A stretch of DNA of 64,000 nucleotides from an uncultured Planctomycetota bacterium (GCA_963823665.1 CAWGMQ010000006.1:1312001-1376000), one strand, 5' to 3'; shown: positions 30,901-41,326, counted from the first letter of the stretch. The notes: a model not told the origin generated them from the sequence alone. Numbers and translations are program-made.

Positions 30901-32004
30901 CACACCGCAGCCGTCTTTGGGGTTGCCTTCAGTCCCGACAGCCGCCAGCTTGCCTCTGCCGGCGACGACCGGCAGGTGAAGCTCTGGGATGTCGGGACAG
31001 GCGAGGAGATCAACACGTTCGTGGGCCACGTCGACCGGGTCATGACGGTGGCGTTTTCGCCCGACGGCCGGCGCCTGGCGTCCGCCGGCGCCGAGCGTGT
31101 GGTGAAGCTCTGGGATCCGCGCACCGCGCAAGAGGTGTTCAACCTCGAGACACCCTGGACCAACGCTCATGTCGCCTTCGCGCCCGGCGGCCGACAGCTT
31201 GCAATCGGCGGTGCTCCGGAATCGTCCGATCATTCGCTGGCGATCTGGGACGCCAGGGACCGTTCGCCCGATCTGGACCTTCAGGATGAGGCAGAGAGCC
31301 GAGTTGCGTTTCTGTTCGCTCGGCCGTTGTCTGCATTCGAGGTGCGCGATGTGCTCGCGAACGACGCTTCCGTGAGCCCGGAAGTGCGGAAGCGAGCGCT
31401 GGCACTCGTCGATGGATATGGCGAAGCTCTCGCGAGACGTGAGGCCGAGGATGTGATCCAACGTGTGCATATGACCGGACTGTTTCGTTCCGAGCTCGTG
31501 GAATGGCTTCGGAGCGATCAGAGCCTACGAGAGCCGGTGCGGCGCCAGGCGCTGGCGCTGGCCGCCTCCTGGGTCGACTGCGCGTGGCATCTCGAGCTTG
31601 CGAGCCGGGCTGTCGCGCGGCGGAGAGACGCTCCAGAAGACGCCTACGGGCGAGCGTTGCAGCAAGCGGAAGTGGCGAACCGTCTTGCCCCGCACCGGGC
31701 GGCAATGCGGACAACGCTCGGAATGGCGCAATATCGCACGGGCAAGTATCGTGAGGCGGTGCGGACCCTCTTCCGCACCGGCGCAACATTGTCTGACCGC
31801 TCGACGCCGGCCGACGTGGCATTCCTGGGAATGGCCCATGAGCGGTTGGGGCAGGCCAACGAGGCACACGCTGTCTTCGAGCGCCTGCGCACGCTGCTGC
31901 GGGAACCGGCGTGGATCAATGACGGCGAGGCGAAGGAGTTCTTGCGCGAGTTCGAGGAGATGGGCAGGAACGCGGACCCGCCAGTGGGCCCCAGGCTCCG
32001 CTGA
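27919..32004 (+). CDS. Ser/Thr protein kinase with TM helix, WD40 repeats and C-terminal TPR
   Basis: GGMGAV, VALK, HRDLKPSN, DFG, GTPSFMAPE; many GH...VAFSPDG...WD repeats. Confidence 0.95.
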   Translation: MSGPDPRRDFAEEATGVVDAPDRAGGPPSTDPASDASVSRAVPPTAAGSALAGSGPGPGQDQTIALSGDEIGQRTLIGRLGENTGIAAEEVSVSFGDYSLIRKIASGGMGAVHLARQNSLHRTVALKTILAGQLESDEHVHRFHQEAELAAQLDHPGIVPIYEVGEIAGQHYFSMAYIEGGTLADRIKDRPLPCREAAELVRQVALALGYAHRQGVIHRDLKPSNVLLDRDGHPKIADFGVAKLVSGISQLTLTGQVLGTPSFMAPEQAGGKTDDIGPPADLYALGALLYCLVTGRPPFQAATPVETLRQVMEQEPVSPRQLNAAVGQDLETICLKCLQKEPGKRYESAESLADDLGRYLADEPIRARPVGSIERLWRWCVRNRLAAGLLGGLVLSFVMGFMAVSFFAFRAGREAASARASERRAKDAQEFSERRWYAAELGLAQQNWENGETTRLRSRLKALRPAYPTAPDWRGFEWYYLDRLGRLELRRLSGHGEPVHSVVFNPDGRLLASAGGGLNRGEAGSLRIWDSTTGAVIHAWAGHTESANCVAFSPDGGQLASASGLWNGPGEVKLWDTRTAKEVRSLAGQTAPVWSLAFSSDGRRLAAGTGAYGEGGRPTAGDVLIWDLAGDAHVVCLRGHTSVVKGVAFSPDGRWLATGDADGAVKVWDAAQAKVVLSLEEAKADVLCVAFSPDGRQLAAASVDRTIRVWDASLWNTQTPAGTKPRFALQHKTRVYSLAFSPDGRRLAAGCLDHSVHIWDVTAQTESLTFFAHGDAVLGVAFSPDGWRLATASMDQTVKIWDATTDRKTVPLREHKEYPAAVSGIAFSADGKWLASAGNDRVVRVWDMASAQLSQTLQGPADTVNSVAFSPDGRWLACGSTDRIVRVWDPATGRLVRTFDGLEFSGNGVAFAPNNRWLACASGEWKKAGAVTVWDLATNQEVLSMPARGDPGERLGYYSVAFSGDGRWLAAGCYDASVKLWDLSTKKLARALRGHTAAVFGVAFSPDSRQLASAGDDRQVKLWDVGTGEEINTFVGHVDRVMTVAFSPDGRRLASAGAERVVKLWDPRTAQEVFNLETPWTNAHVAFAPGGRQLAIGGAPESSDHSLAIWDARDRSPDLDLQDEAESRVAFLFARPLSAFEVRDVLANDASVSPEVRKRALALVDGYGEALARREAEDVIQRVHMTGLFRSELVEWLRSDQSLREPVRRQALALAASWVDCAWHLELASRAVARRRDAPEDAYGRALQQAEVANRLAPHRAAMRTTLGMAQYRTGKYREAVRTLFRTGATLSDRSTPADVAFLGMAHERLGQANEAHAVFERLRTLLREPAWINDGEAKEFLREFEEMGRNADPPVGPRLR

Positions 32005-32093
32005 TTGACTGCGAACAGCGCGGGCGGTACCTTGGAACTTTACCGTACCAAGTTGACGAATTTGCTGATTTGTGAAACTGGGGAAGATCTATC

Positions 32094-33380
32094 GTGGGTT
32101 CGACGTGTGTGGTGGGATTGCAGTGGGGTGACGAGGCGAAGGGGAAGATCGTGGACCTGCTTTGCGACCGGCACGACGTCGTGGTGCGGTACCAGGGCGG
32201 GGCGAATGCGGGTCATACGGTCGTCGTCGATGGGGCTACATACAAGCTCTCGCTGGTGCCGACGGGGATTTTGCGGAGCGGCGCTCATGCGGTGATCGGC
32301 AATGGGGTGGTGATTCACCCGCCGGCGCTGCTCAAGGAAATTGATACGTTGCGTGGGCAAGGGGTGGAGATGGGCGACCGGCTGCACATCAGCGACCGCG
32401 CCCATGTGATTCTGCCTTATCATCTGGAAGAGGAGCGATTGACCGAGGAATCGGCGTCGTCGGCGGACCACCTGGGAACGACGCGGCGAGGGATCGGGCC
32501 GTGCTATCGCGACAAGGTGGGACGGGTGCATGGCGTGCGGGTCGCTGATCTGTATCGGCCGGAGGCGTTCACCGATCGGCTGGCGCGGATCATCGACTAC
32601 AAGAACCGGCTGCTGGCGGCGATGCTGCCGGATTTCCGGCCATTCGACGCGGACGCGGTTGCGGCGGAGTATCTTGAGTATGCGGAGCGTTTGCAGCCTC
32701 ATGTCTGCGATACGACGGTGTGGCTGCATCAGGCGATCGAAGCTGGGAAGCGGTTGTTGTTCGAGGGGGCGCAGGGGTCGCTCTTGGATGTGGACCACGG
32801 CAGCTATCCATATGTGACTAGCTCCAATTCCAGCACATGCGGCATTCCGGCGGGCTCGGGTGTGCCGTCGCGGCATATCGATCGCTGGATTGGCGTGGTC
32901 AAGGCGTATACGACGCGGGTTGGAGGGGGGCCGTTTCCGACGGAGCAGGACAACGCGATTGGAGAGCGGATCCGGCGCGTGGGCAAGGAATATGGGACAG
33001 TGACCGGCCGGCCGCGTCGATGCGGGTGGTTTGATGCGGTTGCGACCCGGCATGCGGTGCGGGTGAGTGGCTCGACCGAGCTGGCGGTGATGCTGCTTGA
33101 CGTGATCTCCGGGATCGAAGAGCTGAACGTCGCGGTGGCCTATGAGTGTGAAGGCCGCCGGATCACCGAGCTTCCCAGCTCGGTCACGACATTTGAACAA
33201 TGCCAGCCGATCTACGAGACCTTGCCGGGATTCGCCGGCGACATCACGCGAGTGACCACCTGGGCGGGTTTGCCTCCGGCCGCGCGGCGGTACGTGGAAT
33301 TCATCGGGCGGAGTGTGGGCGTACCGCCGGCGATCGTGTCGGTCGGCCCTGAACGCGGCCAGACGATCATGATTGATTAA
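32094..33380 (+). CDS. purA: adenylosuccinate synthetase
   Basis: GLQWGDEAKGK, GGANAGHT, EGAQG, TGRPRRCGWFD. Confidence 0.98.
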   Translation: MGSTCVVGLQWGDEAKGKIVDLLCDRHDVVVRYQGGANAGHTVVVDGATYKLSLVPTGILRSGAHAVIGNGVVIHPPALLKEIDTLRGQGVEMGDRLHISDRAHVILPYHLEEERLTEESASSADHLGTTRRGIGPCYRDKVGRVHGVRVADLYRPEAFTDRLARIIDYKNRLLAAMLPDFRPFDADAVAAEYLEYAERLQPHVCDTTVWLHQAIEAGKRLLFEGAQGSLLDVDHGSYPYVTSSNSSTCGIPAGSGVPSRHIDRWIGVVKAYTTRVGGGPFPTEQDNAIGERIRRVGKEYGTVTGRPRRCGWFDAVATRHAVRVSGSTELAVMLLDVISGIEELNVAVAYECEGRRITELPSSVTTFEQCQPIYETLPGFAGDITRVTTWAGLPPAARRYVEFIGRSVGVPPAIVSVGPERGQTIMID

Positions 33381-33402
33381 GTAAGTAAAAGTAGAATAAA
33401 GA

Positions 33403-34177
33403 ATGGCGATTTCACAAGAAGGGTTGGAGCGGATCGAGGCTTACGGCCTCAAGCCGGAGCAGCTTCCCCGGCACGTCGCGGTGATCATGGATGGCAACGG
33501 GCGGTGGGCGCAGCGCCGGCGGCTGCCGCGCGTGATGGGGCATCGCAGGGGAATTCAGAGCGTGCGCGCGGTGGTCGAGGAGGGATGCAGGCTGGGGCTC
33601 GAGCAGTTGACGCTCTACTGCCTTTCGGTCGAGAACTGGAAGCGGCCGCCGAGAGAGCTGACGTTTCTGATGCGGCTGCTGCGGCACTTCCTGGTGGTCG
33701 AGCGCCGGGAGCTTTGCGAGCAGAACGTGCAGCTCAGGATGATCGGGCGCACGAGCGGTCTGCCGCCGGAGGTGCTGGACGAGTTCGAGCGTACGGCCGA
33801 GCTGACAGCGTCAAATGATGGCATGATCTTGTGCCTGGCCGTGAATTATGGCGGCCGTTGCGAGATTGCGGACGCGGCTCGCCGGCTGGCGGAGGACGTG
33901 CGGGCCGGGCGGCTCGATCCGGAGCAGGTGGGCGAAGAGACCGTGGCGTCATATCTGTACACGAGCGGAATGAGCGATCCGGACCTGCTCGATCCGCACG
34001 GCCGGCGAGATGCGAATCAGCAACTTCCTGCTCTGGCAGATTTCGTATTCGGAGATGTGGGTCACTCCCACACTCTGGCCCGACTTTCGCGGCGACGACC
34101 TGATGCAGGCTTGCCTGGCGTTCGCGGCCCGGGAGCGAAAGTTCGGCGGGCTTGCCGAAGGTGCTCTACTCGGATGA
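33403..34177 (+). CDS. uppS: undecaprenyl diphosphate synthase (frameshift ~33990)
   Basis: HVAVIMDGNGRWA, ENWKRP, NYGGR; IRTAGEMRISNFLLWQ in the shifted frame. Confidence 0.93.
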
Positions 34178-34217
34178 AACGATTTCAATAGCATTCAGCG
34201 AATATAACAACAAATTC

Positions 34218-35129
34218 ATGCTCGGAACGCGAGTTGTTTTTGGGTTCTTGATGGTGGCAGTGCTCGTTCTGGCTCTCTGGGTCGACGAATGGTTTGCTCC
34301 GTGGTATCCGTTCTGGCTGCTGACGTGCGCCGTGGTGATGATCGCCGCTTCGCGGGAGCTCGTGAATCTGCTGTCCAACAGCACGCTACGCCCTTCGGCG
34401 AATTCGGTGTTCGGGGGGGTGCTGGCGATCCTGATTGCCAACTGGGTTCCGCACGTGGCGCTTGATGTCCCCAATAGTGACGGCCTTCCGGCCTTGAACT
34501 ACGACCCCGCGCGCCCTCAGGCTGCACTGAGCTACATCTTCCTGTCGTTTGTGGCTGTGACGCTGGTGAGCTTCGTGGTGCAGAGTGTGCAGTTCGAGAA
34601 GCCGGGCCGGGCGACACTGCGCATCGCCGGGACTTTGTTCGTGCTGGGATACGTGGGGCTGCTGGGGAGCTTCATCGTCCAGCTTCGCTGGTTTGACGGC
34701 CCTCACGAGGGGCTCGTCGCGCTGCTCTTTCTGGTCGCGGCCGCCAAGGGGGCAGACACGGGCGCGTACACGCTCGGGCGGCTTATGGGCCGGCACAAGC
34801 TGTGGCCGGCGCTCAGCCCGCATAAAACCGTGGAGGGTGCGATCGGGGGACTGATCTTCGCGGTTGCGGCCTCGTTGATCGTCGCGGCGATCGCGCGGTA
34901 TGCGCTCGAGACGCCAGTGCTGTCGTGGGGGAAGGCGGTGGTGTACGGGCTTTTGATCGGCGTCGTGGCCCAGGTTGGCGACTTGATGGAGTCGATGATC
35001 AAGCGAGACTGCGAGCGAAAGGATGCATCCGATGCGGTGCCCGGGTTCGGGGGCATCCTTGATGTCATCGACTCGCTCATCTTCGCGGCACCGGTCGCGT
35101 TCGTATTCTGGCTTCGATACGGGCCTTGA
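34218..35129 (+). CDS. cdsA: phosphatidate cytidylyltransferase
   Basis: SPHKTVEG, GDLMESMIKR...KDAS..VPGFGGILDVIDS. Confidence 0.95.
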   Translation: MLGTRVVFGFLMVAVLVLALWVDEWFAPWYPFWLLTCAVVMIAASRELVNLLSNSTLRPSANSVFGGVLAILIANWVPHVALDVPNSDGLPALNYDPARPQAALSYIFLSFVAVTLVSFVVQSVQFEKPGRATLRIAGTLFVLGYVGLLGSFIVQLRWFDGPHEGLVALLFLVAAAKGADTGAYTLGRLMGRHKLWPALSPHKTVEGAIGGLIFAVAASLIVAAIARYALETPVLSWGKAVVYGLLIGVVAQVGDLMESMIKRDCERKDASDAVPGFGGILDVIDSLIFAAPVAFVFWLRYGP

Positions 35130-35138
35130 GCTGCCGCA

Positions 35139-36023
35139 TCAGTTCGAAAAGGCATCCACAAAGTACAACCCGACATCGACGAGCAATACCGCCACGATGA
35201 TGAGCTCGAGTGCGATCTGGAAGGCCAGCGACTGGCAATGATCGAGCGATTCAGAGAGCGAGTCGAGGACGGTTTCGACAGCCTCGATGCGTTCGTCGAT
35301 CTCGCGCCTGAGCCGGCCGAGGCCCAGCCAGCGGCCGAGTCTGCGGTAGAGGTGAACGGCCCGCCTGTTCGCGAAGTGGCCGTGTGGATTGGTGAGCGGA
35401 CTTTCGACCAGAGGTAGATCGAGAATGATCCGTTGCAGCGCACGCCGCTGTGATCGGAGCTGCCGCGACCGCGCTCGCCCGATCACGCTCCGGAAGCTGT
35501 ACTCCGTGGCGAGGTCATGGCGCGACCACTCGGAAAGATCAATGAGCGTTCGATTGATTGCGGCGAACCGCCAGTACTGCGCGACGGCGAAGAGGACTGT
35601 TTCTCCGACGATGATCCAGGTTTCGACATCAACACTGACTCTGGCGACATTCGCGTCGATCTCGATCCGCAGCGGGAGACTCGACCGCCCGGAGCGGCTG
35701 CGGCCCTCCGATGCACGCTTGGCGCACGAACTGTTCCGCCGGTGCTCGACTGGATGCGCCGTTGGCTCGTCGCGCCTTCGCTTCAGTCGATCAGATTCTT
35801 CGAGTGTGACAAACTCGACGCGATGGGCAGGTGCAGGGATTTTCCATGAGGGGGCGGGCGCGAACCAGAATCCGAAAGGGGATGCGAAACCGTCGCCGGG
35901 CAAGTCCGGATGGGTCGTGGCGAAGGAAATCCGGGTGCGACGGCCGGATGGAATCTGGCTCTTTCGCCAGACTGAGTCCATTTCATTCCGTGCGGTCAGG
36001 TCGAGGGCGTACAGGGTGTGCAT
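35139..36023 (-). CDS. hypothetical protein with RMD1/DUF155-like C-terminal helices and TM
   Basis: LRREIDERIEAVE...LELIIVAVLLVD C-terminus; possible compensating indels in the middle. Confidence 0.5.
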   Translation of the reverse strand: MHTLYALDLTARNEMDSVWRKSQIPSGRRTRISFATTHPDLPGDGFASPFGFWFAPAPSWKIPAPAHRVEFVTLEESDRLKRRRDEPTAHPVEHRRNSSCAKRASEGRSRSGRSSLPLRIEIDANVARVSVDVETWIIVGETVLFAVAQYWRFAAINRTLIDLSEWSRHDLATEYSFRSVIGRARSRQLRSQRRALQRIILDLPLVESPLTNPHGHFANRRAVHLYRRLGRWLGLGRLRREIDERIEAVETVLDSLSESLDHCQSLAFQIALELIIVAVLLVDVGLYFVDAFSN

Positions 36024-36037
36024 GGGTCGACTGACCC

Positions 36038-37456
36038 TCAAGGGACGATCGGAACGGAAGTTCCGCTCGGGCTCGAGCTGGCCAGGGCCTGCGCGAGTTT
36101 CGAGCGGCGCGAGCCAACGCGGCGGGTGGAAACCTCCGCCACGGGAGCGGGAAGGATCGGCCGCCGCACCGAGTCGAGCGCCAGGCCCGTCTTGCGAGCG
36201 CAGAGTGCGCCGGCTGCTTCGAGGTAATTCTGGACACGGCAGAACTGGCCCGGTGCCCAGGGCAAAGCGGCGAGGTCGTTGGCCATCAGGTGGTTGGGGT
36301 CGGATACGGCAATGACGGGAATTCCTTGTTCGAGTGCAGCGAGGACAGGCAGGCCGATGCAGCCGTCGGGGATAACCAGAGCGGAGACATCGCGAGCGGT
36401 GAGGCAATCGGAGTGATGCAGCAGAGCGGGGTCGGTCTCGATCCTGGGACTGGATTTCAGCCCCTTCAGGATCGACTGGAGGAACGTGAGCGAGACGGCC
36501 TCGGCCGCCATTCTGGGATCGACAATGCCGGGATCGATCGATTCGATTTCTTCCGATTCGATCATGGGCGAGTGGGCTGTGGGCAAGCCGTAGAGGAGCG
36601 AAAGCGAGTGAGTGAATATGGCCTCGACGCCACCCCAGGGGTTGACCATCGCCCCGTCACTGTCGAAGTAGTCCTGATGGAATTCCGGCGGCACTGCGAT
36701 GACCGACGAGACTGCGATTGCGTCGGCTTCCGGAAGATAAGGGCGAAATCCCCTGAAGAAATTCCGAGAGGTTATCGACCCGGCCGGCGGCACGGCCGGT
36801 GGAGGTATACTCCGAAACGAGCTTGACCGGCGGGTCGAGCATGACAATTCGCGGGCAATCGAATCCGTAGCAGGCACGGGCCGCATTGACGGCGTTGATC
36901 GCGGCGTTCGAATAGGCGATCTCTTCGTGGCGATCGATCACCACCAGTACCCGGTTGTTGCGCACGCGATGCAGACCGGCTGTCCCCATCAGGAGGCGGC
37001 AGATGACACTGCCCTCGACATACAGGGCGTTCTCGGGCATCTCGTTGATATCGGAGGCGTTGACCACATTCGGGTGCACGATCAAGGTGTCGCAAACTGT
37101 CGATAAGAGCCGAGCCACCGGTCCGGCATCGCCGGCGTGGCCGCCGATGGTCGCATTGATACCAGTCGGGACCAGGAACACGACGTTGAAGCGATTGGCG
37201 TTCTCGAACGGCCGCTTGCGAAACTCGAAAATGGAGGGAACGGGCGCCGTCCAACCCGGGGCGGAGCCGCGGGCGCGCTCAGAATGCCGACCTCGCAGTG
37301 TCAGCGCCCTGCGGCGAGATCACTCGAGCAGACGACGAACCGAACCGGGATTTCGCCCTCTGCGAGGCGCTCCTGCACCATCCCGCCGAAATGGCCGAGA
37401 GCATCGCGTGGGCTGCTCGGCCAGGGAAAGTCCCATTCGTGCTCATACAACCGCAT
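36038..37456 (-). CDS. DUF3326 domain protein (two frameshifts, ~37310 and ~36750)
   Basis: VPTGINATIGGHAGDA, HPNVVNAS, YVEGS, NPWGGVEAI, PTAHSP, NYLEAAG. Confidence 0.85.
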
Positions 37457-38627
37457 CAGGGCAGGCTCCGAAGCGAGAGAAAAAATCTTCATATGTAAAT
37501 TGCCGGCGAAGCAGCAGGTCGCCCGTCGGGCCGACCGAGTAAATCGAAGGCAGGTTGATCCCATTGAACATGTGGGCCTTGACGATCGAATAGGCGCCGA
37601 CATTTGCAAATACGATGCGCGAGCCGATGCTCAAGCGGCGATTGAATGCGTAAACGCCGAGCACGTCGCCGGCCAGGCACGAGCTGCCGGCCAGAACGTA
37701 CTCAAAGTCACCCTGGTCGTCGTGGTCCTCTACATCGGGCTCGAACTGATATTCGAACGCCTCGGGAACGTGGTTCACGGTGGTATCGAGCACTGCGGTT
37801 GTGGTGCCGCGGTAGCGGAACATATCGATCACCGACGCGACCAAATAGCCCGCCTTGCGAACCAGGGCGGCGCCGGGCTCGATAAAGACGCAGAGGCCAT
37901 GACGCGACTGGAGCAGCTCGACCGATCGGGCCAGAAGGTCGACGTGCTCGGGCTCGTCCAGGAGATAGCCGCCGCCCAGGTTGATCCAGCTCAAACCGGC
38001 GAGCTTTTCTCCGAGCACCGTCTCGACGTGCATGACAGTGCGATAGAGTGGCTCGAAGCTCGTCGAGTCGCAGTTGTTGTGAAAGAGCAAGCCCGAGACT
38101 CGCTCGAAGAGCTCGGGCTCTCGATCCCAGCGTCTGGCAAGGGAGTCGAGCGGCACACCCAGCTTGGAAAGCGGCCGGCAGGGGTTATAGCGGTCGTCTG
38201 CGACGAGCGAAAGCTGGGGATTCAAGCGCAGCCCGACCTGGCCGGGTTTCTCGAGTGGGCCGGAGGAGCGGCGCAACTGCGACAGCGAGTTGAACGAAAT
38301 GAAATCGCAAAGCTCTCCCAGCTCGAAGAGCTCATCATCGCGGAGGCCGGGCGTTGTCAGATGGACCGTGCCGCGCGAGTCGAGTACCTCGCGGGCCAGT
38401 CGCGATTCGAAGAGCGAGCTGACCGCGAAGCCGTCCACCTTGCCGATCATCCACTCCAAAACGAATTCGCAAGACAATGGCTTGAGCGCATAAAGAACCT
38501 TGCACCCGCACTGATCGCGCAGCACGAGCGCGGCCTCGAGATCGCGGCGAACTTGCTGTTCGTCGAGCACGAGCGCGGGGGTCAGAACGCTCCGTACCAC
38601 GCGGGCATTCAGCGGCATCGTCGTCAC
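37443..38627 (-). CDS. nspC: carboxynorspermidine decarboxylase-like PLP enzyme
   Basis: LYALK, RYNPCRPLSKLGV, INLGGG, FIEPG, GSSCLAGD, YSIVKAHMFNGINLP. Confidence 0.8.
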   Translation of the reverse strand: MTTMPLNARVVRSVLTPALVLDEQQVRRDLEAALVLRDQCGCKVLYALKPLSCEFVLEWMIGKVDGFAVSSLFESRLAREVLDSRGTVHLTTPGLRDDELFELGELCDFISFNSLSQLRRSSGPLEKPGQVGLRLNPQLSLVADDRYNPCRPLSKLGVPLDSLARRWDREPELFERVSGLLFHNNCDSTSFEPLYRTVMHVETVLGEKLAGLSWINLGGGYLLDEPEHVDLLARSVELLQSRHGLCVFIEPGAALVRKAGYLVASVIDMFRYRGTTTAVLDTTVNHVPEAFEYQFEPDVEDHDDQGDFEYVLAGSSCLAGDVLGVYAFNRRLSIGSRIVFANVGAYSIVKAHMFNGINLPSIYSVGPTGDLLLRRQFTYEDFFSRFGACPDAVV

Positions 38628-38897
38628 TCATCGATAGCTTGACCGGACGAAGTGGAGTCGAATATATCCGACCCGGATGAGCCGAGCCAGATTTTGCCGG
38701 AGCCCGGCCCGGCAAATCCTGGGAGGTCCGGCAGGAGTTACTTGCGATCGACCACGTGGCATGAGTACGTTTACAGGCGGCGCATGGGATCTCAGAGCTT
38801 GTCGGGCGGGGAATCTCGTGATTGTGTTCTATGGATTCTTGCATGCCGGGTGTTCTCGGCTCAAAAGGCGTACCCAGGGCTGAAGGGACAATTCCCG

Positions 38898-39818
38898 ATG
38901 AATCACAGACGCGAGCTTCGGGTCGTCTCGTCCGTGCTAGCGCGGTTCCTGGCGGTGGCGGTCGGGGTGGTTTGGGCTGCCGTCGTCGCGGAGGGTGCTC
39001 AGGTTCCGCAAGGTCCGGGGCAGACGGCGACGAATCCGCTGCGGTACCAGGTCAATTACCGCGCGTCTGCGACGGATCCCTGGCAGCTTTATGCATCAAC
39101 GCGGAACCTTAATAATGCGAACGCGATCGCGGCTGAAGTGAAGAGCGCGGGTTACGAGTCGCAGGTTGTGAACAGCCAGAGCCCCGCAGCCCAGCTTTAC
39201 CCGGATGCGGAGGAGACGAGTGCGTCGAGATACTATCCCACGTCGAACTGGGCACAGGATTACAACTACTACGTGGTTCCCGGCGGGAACTACAACTATG
39301 GAACGTATGCAGGCTGGTATCCGTGGTACGGCTATCGCTCGTATCCAAATTACTGGTGGAATGGAGGCCGGTCGTTCTATGGAACGGGTTGGGGAGGGCA
39401 TTACTGGGGTGGTGGTTGGCGGCGAGGCGGCGGCTGGGGCGGCGCCGGGTGGGGCGGCGGCGGTTGGAGCAGTCATCATCGAAACTGGAACATGAGCCAC
39501 GCCGATCGGGCCACCCACAGTGCCCACGGTGAGCAGCACAGCGAGCAGGCGCATCACCAGTATCACCCGCACCAGGCTACGGCGGGCCATCACCAGCCCG
39601 GGCATCACGCGGCGGCGCGGCATGCGAGCCAAGCCTCGGCCGAGCATCGCGGCACGGGTCATCGGGGCAACGGTGCGCGCACGGCGGGCCATCGCGCGGG
39701 CGGGCACCGTGCGGCTGGGCATGCCGCTCGCGGACACGGCGCGCGAGGAGGGGGCGGGCGCGGGAACTCACCGGGGCGCCACGCTGGCGGCCATCACGCG
39801 GCCCATCACGATCCATGA
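38898..39818 (+). CDS. secreted low-complexity protein (Tyr/Trp/Gly-rich middle, His-rich tail)
   Basis: signal peptide, small folded domain, then YNYGTYAGWYPW..GGGW.. and GHH/AGHR repeats. Confidence 0.7.
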   Translation: MNHRRELRVVSSVLARFLAVAVGVVWAAVVAEGAQVPQGPGQTATNPLRYQVNYRASATDPWQLYASTRNLNNANAIAAEVKSAGYESQVVNSQSPAAQLYPDAEETSASRYYPTSNWAQDYNYYVVPGGNYNYGTYAGWYPWYGYRSYPNYWWNGGRSFYGTGWGGHYWGGGWRRGGGWGGAGWGGGGWSSHHRNWNMSHADRATHSAHGEQHSEQAHHQYHPHQATAGHHQPGHHAAARHASQASAEHRGTGHRGNGARTAGHRAGGHRAAGHAARGHGARGGGGRGNSPGRHAGGHHAAHHDP

Positions 39819-39868
39819 GAAGAAGCAAGCGAATTTACTGAACCTGGTCCTTTGCAACAGGCACGACT

Positions 39869-41326
39869 ATGGACAACGTCAATCGTCGAACGAGTATCGT
39901 GCAAATCGCTCTGGTGGGAATGCTCATGGTCTCGTCCGGGAGATTGTGCACGGCGCAAGACGCGCGTTCGAAGCCTCTGGAGCAGTGGCTGGCCCAGTTG
40001 AAAGATCCCGATGGGGCACAGCGGCGAGCAGCCGTGGTGGCCCTGGGGGCATTCGGTCCCGATCTGACCAAGGCGATGATCTCGCAGGTCGGCGAATTGC
40101 TGAAGGATCCCGATCAAAGCGTCCGTCACGCCGCAGCCCTTTCGATCGGCAATTTCGGCCCCGCAGCGAAGGCGGCGCTGGCGAACGTTCGCGGCGCCGT
40201 CAAGGATGAGGCGGCGGTTGTAAGGCGGGCAGCGGTCTTTGCCCTCGGCAACATGGGGACGTCCGCGCGGCAGGCGGTGCCGGAGTTGATCGTGGCGCTC
40301 GGCGACGGCAACGAGACGGTCCGTCACGCCGCAGCATATGCTCTCGGAAGCGTAGGTGAGGAGGCCAAAGCCGCGGCCGCCGCGCTGGGCAAGGTGCTGG
40401 CAAGCGACGCCGATCCCGACGTCCGGCAGGCTGCGGCGTTTGCGCTTGGCGAGATCGGGTCTGACGCGGCGGAGGCCGTTCCCGCCCTGACGCAGGCGCT
40501 TGCTGACGGGGATGAAGCCGTGCGGAAATCCGTGATCGAGGCGCTGGGGGCGATGGGCCCCGAGGCGAAGCCGGCGGTGGGAGTGCTTGCCAAGATCGTG
40601 ACGGATGATCCGGACTTTGTGCTCAGGCGATCGGCCGCGTTCGTACTCGGCGAGATCGGGCCGGAGGCCCGCGGCGCGGCCGTTGCCCTTGGCCAGGCGC
40701 TCAAGGACGCGGACGCATCCGTTCGTTACGATGCGGCACAGTCCCTTTCGACGCTCGGCCCCGAGGCCAAAGAGGCGCTTCCCGCGCTCACGGCGGCTCT
40801 GAAGGAAGAGGACGTTGAAGTGCTCAAGAAGGTGATCTACACGCTCGGTGAGATGGGCCCCTCGGCAGACCCCGCCGCCCATGCGCTTGGCAACTTGATG
40901 GGCAATGAGGATGAAGATGTGCGAAAGGCGGTGGCTTACGCGCTGGCCTCGATGGGGCCGGGCGCGACCCCGGCCGTGCCGGGCTTGATCAAGGGACTGC
41001 ACGACAAGGTCATGACCGTTCGGCTCGCGTCAGCGTATGCCATCGGCGAGCTTGGTCCCAACCACCCTCGGGCCTTGCAGGCGCTGCTCAACTCGATCAA
41101 AGACGCGGATGACGACGTGCGCGAGGAGGTCGTCTTCGCGATCGGGGAGATCGGGTCCGACGCCAAGCCGGTTTTGGATGCACTCCAGCAAGCCCTCCAG
41201 GATGCGTCCCCCACCGTGCGCGAAGCCGCGAAGGAAGCGATTGAGAAACTCACGGAGGACGACGACGACGACGAGGAAGAGCCGAAAGCGAAGAACCAGC
41301 CCGCGACAAAGAAACCCCAACCCTGA
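39869..41326 (+). CDS. exported HEAT-repeat (PBS lyase-like) protein
   Basis: repeated VR.AAA.ALG.IG..A..AVP.L units. Confidence 0.92.
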   Translation: MDNVNRRTSIVQIALVGMLMVSSGRLCTAQDARSKPLEQWLAQLKDPDGAQRRAAVVALGAFGPDLTKAMISQVGELLKDPDQSVRHAAALSIGNFGPAAKAALANVRGAVKDEAAVVRRAAVFALGNMGTSARQAVPELIVALGDGNETVRHAAAYALGSVGEEAKAAAAALGKVLASDADPDVRQAAAFALGEIGSDAAEAVPALTQALADGDEAVRKSVIEALGAMGPEAKPAVGVLAKIVTDDPDFVLRRSAAFVLGEIGPEARGAAVALGQALKDADASVRYDAAQSLSTLGPEAKEALPALTAALKEEDVEVLKKVIYTLGEMGPSADPAAHALGNLMGNEDEDVRKAVAYALASMGPGATPAVPGLIKGLHDKVMTVRLASAYAIGELGPNHPRALQALLNSIKDADDDVREEVVFAIGEIGSDAKPVLDALQQALQDASPTVREAAKEAIEKLTEDDDDDEEEPKAKNQPATKKPQP

